Counted from the first letter of the stretch, positions 28,306-38,828 are shown. The stretch is 64,000 bases of DNA from Halorutilales archaeon Cl-col2-1 (GCA_041891055.1 CP169074.1:1344001-1408000); one strand, 5' to 3'. Program-made: numbers and translations. Notes: generated from the letters alone by a model not told the origin.

Positions 28306-29063
28306 TGGCACTTCTCGAAACTGACAACCTCGTCAAGTCTTTCGACGGACTTGTGGCAACGGACGACGTGAATATATCTCTCGAAGAGGGCGAGAGGGTA
28401 AGTCTCATAGGTCCCAACGGAGCCGGCAAGTCGACCCTCATAAACCTAATAACGAGACGTCTCGACCCCACCGAGGGAGACATACGTTTCAAGGGCGAGA
28501 GCATAACCGATCTCGAACCCCACGAGGTCGTCCAGAAGGGAGTCTCGAAGTCGTTCCAGACAGCTTCGATATTCCCCGATCTCACAGTCGAGGAGAACGC
28601 CAGGATAGCCGCACTCGCGTCGGAAGAGGGATCCTTCGGCTTCAACTTCCTCAAGCACTGGAGGAACTACGGCAACGTCGACGGACTCGCACGCGACTCT
28701 CTTGAATCAGTGGGTCTTCTCGATCAGAGGGACGTGACTGCGAAGGATCTGCCGTACGGAGACAAGAGACGTCTCGAAATCGCGCTCGCCTTAGCCGGAG
28801 AGCCCGACCTTCTCCTGATGGACGAGCCCACTGCAGGAATGTCGCCCGACGAGACCGCCTCGACCGTCGAGCTCATAGAGGAGGTCTACGACAGACTCGA
28901 CCTCACATTCCTCTTAGTCGAACACGACATGGAGATAGTCTTCAGCATATCCGACCGTATAATCGTCCTCAACAGGGGAGAGGTCATAGCCGACGGTACC
29001 CCCGAAGAGGTGAGAGGTGACCCCGACGTTCAGGAAGCCTACCTAGGAGGTGTCGACGAATGA
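28305..29063 (+). CDS. livG: Liv-type ABC ATPase LivG
   Basis: GPNGAGKST, LPYGDKRRLE, DEPTAG, EHDM, EAYLG. Confidence 0.92.
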   Translation: MALLETDNLVKSFDGLVATDDVNISLEEGERVSLIGPNGAGKSTLINLITRRLDPTEGDIRFKGESITDLEPHEVVQKGVSKSFQTASIFPDLTVEENARIAALASEEGSFGFNFLKHWRNYGNVDGLARDSLESVGLLDQRDVTAKDLPYGDKRRLEIALALAGEPDLLLMDEPTAGMSPDETASTVELIEEVYDRLDLTFLLVEHDMEIVFSISDRIIVLNRGEVIADGTPEEVRGDPDVQEAYLGGVDE

Positions 29064-29803
29064 GCCTTCTTGAAGTAGACTCACTCGACTCGTACTACGG
29101 CGAGAGCCACATACTCCGTGACCTCTCGATGGAGGTCAAGGAGGGTGAAATCTGTGCGCTCTTAGGGCGTAACGGAGCCGGAAAGACGACGACCCTCAGG
29201 TCGATATCCGGGGCTACGCCTCCCGAGATACGTGGTGGATCGGTGAGATTCAAGGGCGAGGATATCACGGGACAGCCCGCCGAGAACATAGCTGTTAAGG
29301 GAATCTCGCTCGTTCCCGAGGAGAGACGTGTCTTCTCGAACCTCACCGTCGCGGAGAACCTCCATCTCTCGGAGGTCTATGCCGACCTTCCGAACACGCT
29401 CGGAAGATCACTCGACTTCGGAGAGAAGGGAATGTCGACTGACGAGGTCTACGACGAGTTCCCACGTCTGAGGGAAAGAAAGACACAGAAAGCCGGGACT
29501 CTGTCGGGAGGAGAGCAGCAGATGCTCGCGATAGCGCGTGCCCTCAAGCAGAACACCGATCTACTCATGCTCGACGAGCCCTACGAGGGACTCGCGCCAC
29601 AGATAATAGACAACGTCGAGGACGCGATCACCGACATAAGCGAGTCGGGGAAGACCGTCCTACTCGTCGAACAGAACGCCGTCGCGGCGATGAAGATCGC
29701 CGACCGGTGTTATGTCGTAGACCACGGAGAGGTCGTATTCGAGGGAACCGCGGATGAGCTACGTGAAGACACAGAGACGAGAGAGGAGTACCTGGGTGTA
29801 TAA
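29060..29803 (+). CDS. livF: Liv-type ABC ATPase LivF
   Basis: GRNGAGKTT, LSGGEQQMLA, LDEP, VEQN. Confidence 0.92.
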   Translation: MSLLEVDSLDSYYGESHILRDLSMEVKEGEICALLGRNGAGKTTTLRSISGATPPEIRGGSVRFKGEDITGQPAENIAVKGISLVPEERRVFSNLTVAENLHLSEVYADLPNTLGRSLDFGEKGMSTDEVYDEFPRLRERKTQKAGTLSGGEQQMLAIARALKQNTDLLMLDEPYEGLAPQIIDNVEDAITDISESGKTVLLVEQNAVAAMKIADRCYVVDHGEVVFEGTADELREDTETREEYLGV

Positions 29804-29804
29804 G

Positions 29805-30557
29805 ATGTCAACGAACACAGACACCGACGACGGAGAAGATGGAGACAGAGCCGAGGAACGCGTCGACGTCCTCATAGACGAGGGCGTTCTGAGAGTCGGA
29901 GACGACGGAACCGTGACAACGACGACGGAGTACGAGAAGACGCGGTCGGTCTACTACAACACCTACTCGGAGGTCTCAGAGGAAGAGTTCGAGAAATCCG
30001 TCGCCGATGTCTTCGGCATAAGCAGCGACGAGGCGACAGATAGGATAGAAGAGATGGGTGTCACACGCGACGACTTTATCACCTATATGGCGGTTCAGTC
30101 GGAGGTCGACCGCGACCTCCCCCAGACCGAGTTAACCGTGATGGCGGATGTAGTCGGTGAGGTCAGTCCGGTCTCTGCAGTTCCCGAGTACATCGACGAG
30201 ATAGACGACGAGACCTACGCCGACTACCTCGACGAGAACCCCGACGCAGTCGTGACAGTCTGGAAGTTCGACTGCGCGCCGTGTGACGAGATGAAGAACG
30301 AGTTCAGAGACGTTCGGAAATCTCTGATTTCGGAGCCATCCAGAACAAGTTCTGGAGACGTCGTCGGTGACGCTCCGATGGAGAAGGACGTCGCCTTCGC
30401 GGGAGTAAACGGCGAGGAGGTCGCCGACTTCAGACGTGAGTACGAGGTCGACGTGGCTCCCGCGGTTCTCTTCTTCTCCGACGGTGAACTCGTCGAGAAG
30501 AGGGAAGGGTACACGAGCCCCGACGAAGTAGAAGAGATCATCGAGTCGGTCTACTAG
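29805..30557 (+). CDS. Thioredoxin-domain protein with helical N-terminal extension
   Basis: WKFDCAPC active site, cis-Pro region VAPAVLFF; ATG 29805 directly after the livF stop. Confidence 0.82.
   Translation: MSTNTDTDDGEDGDRAEERVDVLIDEGVLRVGDDGTVTTTTEYEKTRSVYYNTYSEVSEEEFEKSVADVFGISSDEATDRIEEMGVTRDDFITYMAVQSEVDRDLPQTELTVMADVVGEVSPVSAVPEYIDEIDDETYADYLDENPDAVVTVWKFDCAPCDEMKNEFRDVRKSLISEPSRTSSGDVVGDAPMEKDVAFAGVNGEEVADFRREYEVDVAPAVLFFSDGELVEKREGYTSPDEVEEIIESVY
30307..30362. repeat. In-frame two-hairpin palindromic insertion with 7-bp direct repeat
   Basis: GAGACGT at 30307 and 30355 (48 nt apart) flank hairpins TCGGAAAT/ATTTCGGA and TCCAGAAC/GTTCTGGA. Confidence 0.75.
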
Positions 30558-30681
30558 ATCGCTTTTCTCTCTTAACCACGGGTCGCCCGCTGCTCTTCAA
30601 CTCGACTCGTAATATCGGATAGTGGTAAGTATCTCGAAATCCGAGGACGTTCTATATAGTAGGAGTGTGATACGACGCACG

Positions 30682-30900
30682 ATGGAACTCACGGACGACC
30701 AGAGAGCCATCGTTGAACTCCTGAGTGAGAGGTTCGAGGACGGCGACGTCTTCTTCAAGAGCCGGGAGATATCGCGCGAACTCGGCATGTCGAGTAGAAA
30801 GGTCGGCGCGAACCTGAGACGTATCTCCGAGAAGTACGACCGTCTCTCTGTCGAGAGGTGGAGCGAGAGTAACTCGACGACGTGGAGAGTCGAGAAATGA
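30682..30900 (+). CDS. Small winged-helix protein
   Basis: FFKSREISRELGMSSRKVG...ERWS....TTWRV, a common small haloarchaeal HTH pattern. Confidence 0.75.
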   Translation: MELTDDQRAIVELLSERFEDGDVFFKSREISRELGMSSRKVGANLRRISEKYDRLSVERWSESNSTTWRVEK

Positions 30901-30906
30901 TCGTGT

Positions 30907-31317
30907 TCAGACCTCGCCTTCGTCGTACTCCTTCGTTCCGGTGACCATCACGGGTCTGTCGGTGTTGAGTATCACCGACTGAGTTACGCTTCCGAAGAGT
31001 ACCTTTCCTGTCGCAGACCTCTTTCTGCCACCGAGACAGATCATGTCGACGTCCTCCTCCTCAGCGGTGTCGAGTATCTCGGTCGAGGGTTCTCCGCTCG
31101 ACTCAAGAACCTCAGTCTCGATTCCGTGGTCTTCGAGGTGTTCTATGGCGTCCCTCACCGTGGCAATCTGTGTCGCAGAGGCTCCGCTCGGGTTGTCGGT
31201 GAAGACATAGAGGACTGTGACCTTGAGGTCTTCCTTCCCGGGAAGTTCGGATATTGTCTCCGCCTCTGTTATGGCTCTGTCCTCGTTCTCGTCGACGGCG
31301 AGTAACACGTTGTACAT
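30907..31317 (-). CDS. Universal stress protein
   Basis: VLLAVD, GEP...IL, GGRKRSATGKVLFGSVTQSV. Confidence 0.93.
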   Translation of the reverse strand: MYNVLLAVDENEDRAITEAETISELPGKEDLKVTVLYVFTDNPSGASATQIATVRDAIEHLEDHGIETEVLESSGEPSTEILDTAEEEDVDMICLGGRKRSATGKVLFGSVTQSVILNTDRPVMVTGTKEYDEGEV

Positions 31318-31410
31318 AGACGAATATCAGGGGAAGAAGGCTATTATAGATTTGGTCTCGACTGCGTAGAAACACAACTGTTTTTGTCACAACCCCCGAA
31401 GCTACGCCTA

Positions 31411-31656
31411 ATGTACGAGGCTGTTGTCCGCGTCTCACTCAAGAAGGGCGTCCTCGATCCCGAGGCGAAGACCATACAGAAGTCACTCGAACGTCTTGGC
31501 TTCGACCTCGAAGAACTCAGCACCGCCGACGAGTACATAATAGATCTCGAAGCCGACTCGGAGGAGGACGCTAGACAGAGGGTTGACGAGATGTGTGAAC
31601 GTCTCCTAACGAATCCCGTGATACACGACTACACAGTCGAGATAAGAGCCGCGTAA
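31411..31656 (+). CDS. purS: FGAM synthase subunit PurS
   Basis: LKKGVLDPEA, MCERLLTNPVIHDY. Confidence 0.95.
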   Translation: MYEAVVRVSLKKGVLDPEAKTIQKSLERLGFDLEELSTADEYIIDLEADSEEDARQRVDEMCERLLTNPVIHDYTVEIRAA

Positions 31657-31657
31657 A

Positions 31658-32371
31658 ATGACTGCAACAGACAGATCCGAGTCCACGTCCGTGGGAGTCC
31701 TCAAGTTCGGTGGGTCGAACTGTGACATCGACGTCAAGAAGGTTCTCGACTCGATGGGAGAGGACGCCGAGCTGGTCTGGTACAAGGAGAGCCTCAAAGG
31801 ACACGACGGCGTCGTTCTTCCCGGTGGTTTCTCTTACGGAGACTACCTCAGAGCGGGCGCGATAGCCTCTGAGACCGACATAATGGAAGATGTCGTGGGG
31901 ATAGCCGACGAGGGTAAGCCCGTCTTAGGAATCTGTAACGGCGCGCAGATACTGTGTGAGTCAGGAATAGTCGAGGGGGCGTACGCCCAGAACGTCTCGG
32001 CGAAGTTCCAGTGTGAGTGGGTCAACCTACGTGTAGAGACAACCGACTCACCCTTCACCTCGAAGTTCGAGGAGGGCGAAATAATACAGATACCCATCGC
32101 ACACGCCGAGGGACGGTACATACCTGAGGACATCGACTCTCTCTACGACGACGACAGGATACTCTTCAAGTACGTCGACGAGAACGGGGAGGCGACAGAC
32201 GAGGCGAATCCCAACGGAAGCATCGACAACATAGCCGGCGTCCTAGGAGAGAACAGAAACGTCGGAGTGATGATGCCACATCCCGAGCGTGCGAGCGACT
32301 CTCTCATAGGAAGCGACGACGGCAGACGTGTATTCGAGGGCATGGTCGAGTCCGTGTCGGTCGACTCGTAA
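31658..32371 (+). CDS. purQ: FGAM synthase glutaminase PurQ
   Basis: GGSNCD, PGGFSYGDYLRAG, GICNG, AHAEG, MMPHPER. Confidence 0.96.
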   Translation: MTATDRSESTSVGVLKFGGSNCDIDVKKVLDSMGEDAELVWYKESLKGHDGVVLPGGFSYGDYLRAGAIASETDIMEDVVGIADEGKPVLGICNGAQILCESGIVEGAYAQNVSAKFQCEWVNLRVETTDSPFTSKFEEGEIIQIPIAHAEGRYIPEDIDSLYDDDRILFKYVDENGEATDEANPNGSIDNIAGVLGENRNVGVMMPHPERASDSLIGSDDGRRVFEGMVESVSVDS

Positions 32372-32463
32372 GCTCCGATGTATAGGAGCCTGAAGAGTCC
32401 ATCATGAGAGACGTAGCCGCGCTAAGATTTATATACCTATGACCTGTCTAAAGTAAGTTATAG

Positions 32464-32838
32464 ATGGATAGGAGGCGCGCCGCAAATGTACTCGCTATAA
32501 TACTGGTTCTGTCTGCGGTCTTCTACGTGAGTCTAGTCTTTTTCACCGAGTCGGACGTCGTAACCCGGAAGGACGGGGATCTCGAAACAAGAGGTGACGT
32601 TCTCGCAGTCAAGGTAATTGCTCTGGCTTCGTTTTTAGTAGTCGCGATGATAGGACTCTATGTCCTCTTCGAGATAATGACTTACTCGAATCCTAACAGA
32701 CGTATACGCAGACAGACACGTAGATACGTCTCGTGGAAGCTGAACCACGACTTCGCTTCGCCTCCGAGTATACAGATGTCATCCGTGGAGAAAGAAGAGG
32801 AGACGGAGGAGGAAGACATCGAGTTCAGGAGATGGTGA
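32464..32838 (+). CDS. Hypothetical 2-TM membrane protein
   Basis: Two hydrophobic helices; TTTATATA box upstream. Confidence 0.6.
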   Translation: MDRRRAANVLAIILVLSAVFYVSLVFFTESDVVTRKDGDLETRGDVLAVKVIALASFLVVAMIGLYVLFEIMTYSNPNRRIRRQTRRYVSWKLNHDFASPPSIQMSSVEKEEETEEEDIEFRRW

Positions 32839-32915
32839 CTATACGACTGAAGTATAACGCGACGTGACCGGAACACCTCAGAAAATATAAAGCCTTCTGG
32901 TGTAGATACGTGAGT

Positions 32916-33920
32916 ATGGTAGACGTCGCTGTCAACGGTTACGGGACTATAGGGAAGAGAGTCGCCGACGCTGTCGACCGACAGGACGACATGGAGATCG
33001 TCGGTGTCGCCAAGACAAAGCCCAACTTCGAGGCTCGTCAGGCTGTCGATAAGGGCTATCCGCTCTATGCAGCCGTCGAGGATCGCGCCGACCTCTTCGA
33101 GGACGCGGGGATAGAGATAGAGGGCATGGTGTCGGAGATGGTCGAGACCGCAGACGTCGTAGTCGACGCGACACCCTCGGGAGTCGGCGAACAGAACGCC
33201 TCGATGTACGAGGAAGCCGACACGAAGTACATACTCCAGGGAGGAGAGGACGACGGAATAGCCGAGAAGAGCTTCGTCGCCGAGGTCAACTACGACGACT
33301 GCGTCGACGCCGACTCTCTACGTGTCGTCTCGTGTAACACCACGGGTCTCTCGCGTCTCATAGAGCCTCTCAAGGAGAGTTTCGGCGTCGGAACTGTACG
33401 AGCGACACTCGTGAGACGGGGTGGCGACCCCTCACAGCACGGACGCGGTCCCATAAACGACATACTCCCGAATCCCGTCGGTCTCCCGTCCCACCACGGG
33501 CCCGACGTCCAAACAGTACTCCCCGACGTAGACATATTCACTACGGGTCTCAAGGTTCCCGCGACACTGATGCATATGCACTCGGTCAACATAGAGGTCG
33601 GAGACGTGACTGAGGAAGAGATAATAGAGACACTCGGGGACGAGTCACGTATACGGTTCGTATCGGAGGAGAAAGGGGTGTCGAGCACAGGTGAGATAAA
33701 AGAGATGATGAAAGACATCGGACGCCCTCGCGGCGACGCGTGGGAGAACTGCGTCTGGAAGGACTCGATAACTGTCGAGGACGGAGAGCTCTACCTCTTC
33801 CAGGCGATACACCAGGAGAGCGACGTCGTCCCCGAGAACGTCGACGCGATAAGAGCCATGACGGGCTTCGAGGACGGAGAAGAGAGCATACGTAAGACGG
33901 ACGACGCGATAGGTCTTTAG
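32916..33920 (+). CDS. gap: Type II (archaeal) phosphorylating GAPDH
   Basis: [44 protein letters not shown]. Confidence 0.95.
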   Translation: MVDVAVNGYGTIGKRVADAVDRQDDMEIVGVAKTKPNFEARQAVDKGYPLYAAVEDRADLFEDAGIEIEGMVSEMVETADVVVDATPSGVGEQNASMYEEADTKYILQGGEDDGIAEKSFVAEVNYDDCVDADSLRVVSCNTTGLSRLIEPLKESFGVGTVRATLVRRGGDPSQHGRGPINDILPNPVGLPSHHGPDVQTVLPDVDIFTTGLKVPATLMHMHSVNIEVGDVTEEEIIETLGDESRIRFVSEEKGVSSTGEIKEMMKDIGRPRGDAWENCVWKDSITVEDGELYLFQAIHQESDVVPENVDAIRAMTGFEDGEESIRKTDDAIGL

Positions 33921-34042
33921 GCAGGGCAGGTCGGAGCCTATCAGTTCGGATTCATCTCTATTTTCTGACACATTTAGACGAGTCAGACAAGATATATAGT
34001 GGCTGAGAATCATGGTTAGATGGATCTTAACGAGGTGTAAAT

Positions 34043-37000
34043 TTGAGCAAGAGCCAGCAGTCTGTCGATTTACCAATCAAACGAGTTACGGGGGAAAGCT
34101 TAGAGGAACGTCTTACGGAGAACGCCTACAACAGGATTCTTCCCGCGAGATACCTCAAAAAGGACGAGGACGGCGAGATAGTCGAGGAGCCGGAGGATCT
34201 CTTCGAGCGCGTCGCTAAGAACATCGCGCTCGCAGACGCAGTCTATGCAGCCGACGAGCTAGACAGGGAGATCTATGTGACTCCCGACCAGGTCAAGCCC
34301 GACCACTCGAACCGAGAGGGGATAATAGACGAAGTCTTCGGCAATGACGACGACGGAGAGTCAGTCGTCAAGCTGACCGAGGACAACGTCAAGAAGTTCG
34401 CCTACGACGAGGTAGTTCCCGAGCTACACGACGAGATACGTGAGAGGGTCGAGGAGACTCGCGAGGAGTTCCAGGAGGCTATGGAGGGACTCTCGTTCAT
34501 ACCCAACTCGCCGACTCTGATGAACGCGGGCGACGAGCTACAGCAGCTATCGGCGTGTTTCGTCGACTCGCCCGACGACGACATACTCGACATACACGAG
34601 ACCGAGAAGGAGGCGGCGGCTGTCTTCCAGAGCGGCGGCGGAATGGGGTATGCATTCTGGAAGCTACGTCCGTACGGCGATCCCGTTGGATCGACCGGAG
34701 GCATCGCATCGGGTCCGATCACGTTTATGCGTACATACGATCAGATGTGTGAGACGATAGCACAGGGAGGCACCCGTAGAGGAGCCCAGATGGGAGTGAT
34801 GAGGGTCTCACATCCCGACGTGATCCAGTTCATACACGCGAAGAACAAGGACGTCTCTCTCGCACACACGTTACGTCTCAACGACCCCGACGACTACACA
34901 CACAACAGCTTCACCGAGGCACTCGACGAGGCGCGCGAACTCATAGACGACGAGGGACGTGTCCCCGAGCATCTCAGGAACGCAGCAGAGGGGCATCTCT
35001 CGAACTTCAACATCTCGGTCGGAGTCACCGACGGATTCATGGAGGCTCTCGAAAACGGAGAGGAGTTCACCTTCACGAATCCGAGAACCGAGGAGCCCCA
35101 CATAGCCACCGAACACACGAAGGAGCTCTACGACAGGTTCGGCTTAGGGGAATACGTCGAGGTCGGCGAGGAGCTCTCAGTCCCCGCACAGGAAATCTGG
35201 GACAGGATAGTCGAGGGCGCCCACGAGAACGGAGAGCCCGGGGTTATCTACCTGGAGAGAGTCAACAAAGAGCACTCGTTCGACGTAGACTTATTTCCAG
35301 AACATAGAATACTTGCAACAAACCCCTGTGGCGAGCAACCCTTGGAGGAGTACGAGGCGTGTAACCTCGGACATATCAACCTCTCGACGCTCGCGGCGGA
35401 GGACGCGCCCCACTGGAAGGACTGGCGTGAGAGCCACGACGACCTCGACCTCGAAGAAGCCGTCGGGAGATTCATCGAGGAGGGCGTCGATCTCGACGAG
35501 CTCGACAGACGTATAGATACGAGTACCCATTTCCTCGACAACGTCGTCACGATGTCCGACTTCCCCATAGACGAGATAGAGGAGAAGGTCTCCTCGATGA
35601 GGAAGATCGGACTCGGAATAATGGGTCTCGCACAGCTCTACATACAGCTCGGAGTCGAGTACGGAAGCGAGCCCGCCAACGAGATGGCGCGTCAGATAAT
35701 GACGCGTATCAACCACGGATCGAAGTCGAAATCACACGAACTCGCACAAGAGCGCGGCAGGTTCGACGAGTGGGACAACTCGAAGTACGCGAACCCGACA
35801 GAGTACCGCGACTGGTTCGAGAAACAGACTGGAGAGTCCGCAGACGACTGGGAGGACGGCTATCCCCTCAGGAACCACAACACGACGACAATCGCCCCTA
35901 CGGGATGTGTCGACGAGGACTCGCTCGTCTCGACTGACGAGGGTCTGCGCTCCATCAAGGATCTCGATAACACAGGTGCGGAGTTCGAACAGTGGGGTGA
36001 GATAGACGAAGGTGTCACCACAGACGGAGGTACGAAGACAGCAACTGCAGTCTACGACAACGGCTTCGCAGACGTGCGACGTGTAGAGACAGAAGGCGGA
36101 TTCAGTGTCGCCGCGACTCCGAACCACAGGTTCCGGACACTCACTCAAGAAGCCGAGTACACGTGGAAGGAAGCAGACAGCTTCGAGACCGGAGACAGGA
36201 TAGTGCTCCAGCGTAACACCTTCGACAGTAGTTCGCGCGCGAGACTCGACACAAGCGAACGCGATAACTTCCACCACAACACAGACGAGAGCCTCGTACT
36301 TCCCGAAGAGATGTCACCCGAGCTAGCCGAGTTCTTAGGCTACTTCATGGGCGACGGCTATGTCCACGAAGGGGTCGGTGTGAAGCTCGTCGTCGAGTCC
36401 GACGCCGAGAAACTCGACGAATACCTGCGTGACCTCGGTGAGTCAGTCTTCGGAGTGACGCCGACTGTCGAGAGACGTGACACGCGTCACATGCTCACCT
36501 TTGGCGGGCGGCATCTCCCGCGGTACTTCGAGAACAACGGCTGGAAGAAGGACGACGGAAATAGAGGCGAGGGTGCCGCAACTGCGTTCGTGCCCGACGA
36601 GGTTCTGAGTAGTGACGAGGACTGTGCGAAGGCGTTCTTGCGCGGGCTCTTCGAGGCGGACGGCACGGCTTCGCGGAAAGTAGAACTCTCGACTGTCTCG
36701 GAGACGCTTGCCGACGAGGTACAGACAGTTCTCCTCTCGCTCGGCTGTGTCTTCGTGCAGGACGTGCTTGAGACAGAAGAAATAGACGACCACTACGGTG
36801 ACAGACCACAGTATACTGTCCGGGGGGCAAACAAGCGCGAGGATAAGCGTTTCCTCGAAGAGATCGGCTTCATAACGAAGACGACTGAGATAGAGCTCAC
36901 ATCCCAGTCGTACAAAAACGACACGTACCCACCCGCTGTGGTCGAACACCTCCGTAGCCTCGACGGCTACGAGGAGATCAGCGAAGAGACGAAACACAGG

Positions 37001-38410
37001 GTAAACCAGTCAGTCATAAACGGCTCAGTCAGTCGGAAGCTCGTGCGTGACGTCGAGAAGGAGACAGGCGAGACGGTACGTGTCGACGGTCGGCGTCTGA
37101 CTGATTTCTACGCCGCACCCGTCGAGTCGGTTACTGAAGAGGTTGCATACACCAAAGACATCAGTGTCCCGTCGAACAACACGTATGTCGCAAACGGATT
37201 CGTGACCCACAATACCACCTCGATGATCGGCAACACTACGGGAGGCTGTGAGCCGATCTACAACGTCGCCTACTACAAGAACGTGAGCGACGACGTCCAG
37301 GGAGACGAGATGCTCGTCGAGTTCGACGACTACTTCCTCAGGACGCTTGAGGAGAACGAGATAGACGTCGACGAGGTCAAGGAGGAAGCGAAGGAACAGA
37401 TGTCGAACAACGACTTCGACGGAATCGACGGTCTCTCGACAGTCCCCGACGAGATCAGCAGCCTCTTCGTGACTACACAGGATCTCACGGGCAAGGAGCA
37501 CGCGAGCGTTCAGTGTGCTCTCCAGGACGGAGTCGACTCGTCGATCTCTAAGACGTGTAACTTCCCCAACGACGCCACAGTCGACGAGATGGAGGAGGTC
37601 TACCGTTACATCTACGAGAACGGCGGAAAGGGAGTCACCGTCTACCGCGACGGAACCAGGTCGAAGCAGGTTCTCACGACACGCGCCGACAACAAGCTCG
37701 GTTCGGACGCAGACAACGACGCTCTGATACAGGAGCTACGTGACCGCGTCGAGACGGGCGAGATAGACTCCGAGGAGGTCATAGAGGAGATAGCTGCGAC
37801 CGACTCGACCGAGGTCGAGATAAAGGAGACGGAAAAGAGTAGAATAAGCGCGGGAGAGAGGGAGCCGCGTCCACGTCCCGACACTATACAGGGAACGACA
37901 CAGAAGATCGACACGTCGTACGGCGGTCTCTATGTCACGATAAACGAGGACGACGAAGGTATGTTCGAGGTCTTCACCCAGATAGGCAAGTCGGGTGGAT
38001 ACACGGCGTCTTTCACAGAGGCGATAGCACGTCTCCTGTCGCTGTGTCTCAGGTCGGGCATACCTGCCGAACAGGTCATAGACCAGCTTGAGGGCATACG
38101 TTCGCCGAAGGTCTCGTGGGACAGGGGCGAACAGATACACTCGGTTCCCGACGCGATTGCGAAGGCGATGCAGAGACACCGCAACGACGAGATAGACGTC
38201 TCACCCGTCCAGTCACAGCTTCCCGTAGAGGAAGAGAAGGAAGACGAGGAGACGGAGGAGACTGAGACAGAGACCGACGACAGCGGAAAGTCGGACTTCG
38301 AACAGCTCGTCCAGAACGGCATGAACCCCGAGTGTCCCGACTGCGGATCACAGCTCACCTACAGCGAGGGCTGTGTCAAGTGCGAGGAGTGCGGCTACTC
38401 CGAGTGTTAA
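34043..38410 (+). CDS. nrdJ: Adenosylcobalamin-dependent (class II) ribonucleotide reductase, intein-containing
   Basis: PNSPTLMNAG, LSACFV, QGGTRRGA, TNPCGEQ, ACNLG, TIAPTG, SISKTCN, TVYRDG; C-terminal TSCPD-like domain and CxxC...CxxC ribbon; TTG start with GAGGTG SD. Confidence 0.95.
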   Translation: MSKSQQSVDLPIKRVTGESLEERLTENAYNRILPARYLKKDEDGEIVEEPEDLFERVAKNIALADAVYAADELDREIYVTPDQVKPDHSNREGIIDEVFGNDDDGESVVKLTEDNVKKFAYDEVVPELHDEIRERVEETREEFQEAMEGLSFIPNSPTLMNAGDELQQLSACFVDSPDDDILDIHETEKEAAAVFQSGGGMGYAFWKLRPYGDPVGSTGGIASGPITFMRTYDQMCETIAQGGTRRGAQMGVMRVSHPDVIQFIHAKNKDVSLAHTLRLNDPDDYTHNSFTEALDEARELIDDEGRVPEHLRNAAEGHLSNFNISVGVTDGFMEALENGEEFTFTNPRTEEPHIATEHTKELYDRFGLGEYVEVGEELSVPAQEIWDRIVEGAHENGEPGVIYLERVNKEHSFDVDLFPEHRILATNPCGEQPLEEYEACNLGHINLSTLAAEDAPHWKDWRESHDDLDLEEAVGRFIEEGVDLDELDRRIDTSTHFLDNVVTMSDFPIDEIEEKVSSMRKIGLGIMGLAQLYIQLGVEYGSEPANEMARQIMTRINHGSKSKSHELAQERGRFDEWDNSKYANPTEYRDWFEKQTGESADDWEDGYPLRNHNTTTIAPTGCVDEDSLVSTDEGLRSIKDLDNTGAEFEQWGEIDEGVTTDGGTKTATAVYDNGFADVRRVETEGGFSVAATPNHRFRTLTQEAEYTWKEADSFETGDRIVLQRNTFDSSSRARLDTSERDNFHHNTDESLVLPEEMSPELAEFLGYFMGDGYVHEGVGVKLVVESDAEKLDEYLRDLGESVFGVTPTVERRDTRHMLTFGGRHLPRYFENNGWKKDDGNRGEGAATAFVPDEVLSSDEDCAKAFLRGLFEADGTASRKVELSTVSETLADEVQTVLLSLGCVFVQDVLETEEIDDHYGDRPQYTVRGANKREDKRFLEEIGFITKTTEIELTSQSYKNDTYPPAVVEHLRSLDGYEEISEETKHRVNQSVINGSVSRKLVRDVEKETGETVRVDGRRLTDFYAAPVESVTEEVAYTKDISVPSNNTYVANGFVTHNTTSMIGNTTGGCEPIYNVAYYKNVSDDVQGDEMLVEFDDYFLRTLEENEIDVDEVKEEAKEQMSNNDFDGIDGLSTVPDEISSLFVTTQDLTGKEHASVQCALQDGVDSSISKTCNFPNDATVDEMEEVYRYIYENGGKGVTVYRDGTRSKQVLTTRADNKLGSDADNDALIQELRDRVETGEIDSEEVIEEIAATDSTEVEIKETEKSRISAGEREPRPRPDTIQGTTQKIDTSYGGLYVTINEDDEGMFEVFTQIGKSGGYTASFTEAIARLLSLCLRSGIPAEQVIDQLEGIRSPKVSWDRGEQIHSVPDAIAKAMQRHRNDEIDVSPVQSQLPVEEEKEDEETEETETETDDSGKSDFEQLVQNGMNPECPDCGSQLTYSEGCVKCEECGYSEC
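35906..37213 (+). mobile_element. Intein with LAGLIDADG homing endonuclease in nrdJ (436 aa)
   Basis: TIAPTG|CVDEDSLV ... ATPNHRF (block B) ... FLGYFMGDG, FLRGLFEADG ... YVANGFVTHN|TTS. Confidence 0.95.
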
Positions 38411-38450
38411 GTAGGAGTAGGAAGAAAATCTGTTCTCTTTTTTGACTTAA

Positions 38451-38828
38451 CTACTCTTCGACAGGAAATGTCTCGTGAAGCTTCTCGTGTGAGTCGCTCA
38501 GACCCTCGAAGAAGGTCTCGGCGTTTTCGGAGAGACGTTCGACAGTCTTCTCGGTCTCTCTCAGAGTGAGTAAGAGACCGCGGAGGTACTCGTAGTCATC
38601 GCGCGACTCGTCGGCGTTTGCGACCTTGTCCTCTAGGTCGACTATCGCGGCGTCGAGATGTCTCTGTATCTCCGAGAGACTCTCGGCGTTCGCGAGTGCC
38701 TTGAGAGGACCGTCTTCTTCGAGTGCGTCTCCGAGCTCCTTCTCGGCGTGTCTCTCCGCTGACCTGTCTTCTATACCTATCACGTTCATGAGTCCGAGTC
38801 TGAGTGCTTCTATCTCTTGGCAGGACAT
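38451..38828 (-). CDS. DUF3209-family protein (cobalamin-cluster associated)
   Basis: MSCQEIEALRLGLMN...ERHAEKEL...HLDAAIVDLE pattern, adjacent to cbiX. Confidence 0.75.
   Translation of the reverse strand: MSCQEIEALRLGLMNVIGIEDRSAERHAEKELGDALEEDGPLKALANAESLSEIQRHLDAAIVDLEDKVANADESRDDYEYLRGLLLTLRETEKTVERLSENAETFFEGLSDSHEKLHETFPVEE

Noticed and set aside
33921-34042. Cobalamin riboswitch upstream of nrdJ
   Set aside because: Too short after the TATA box and no B12-box consensus.
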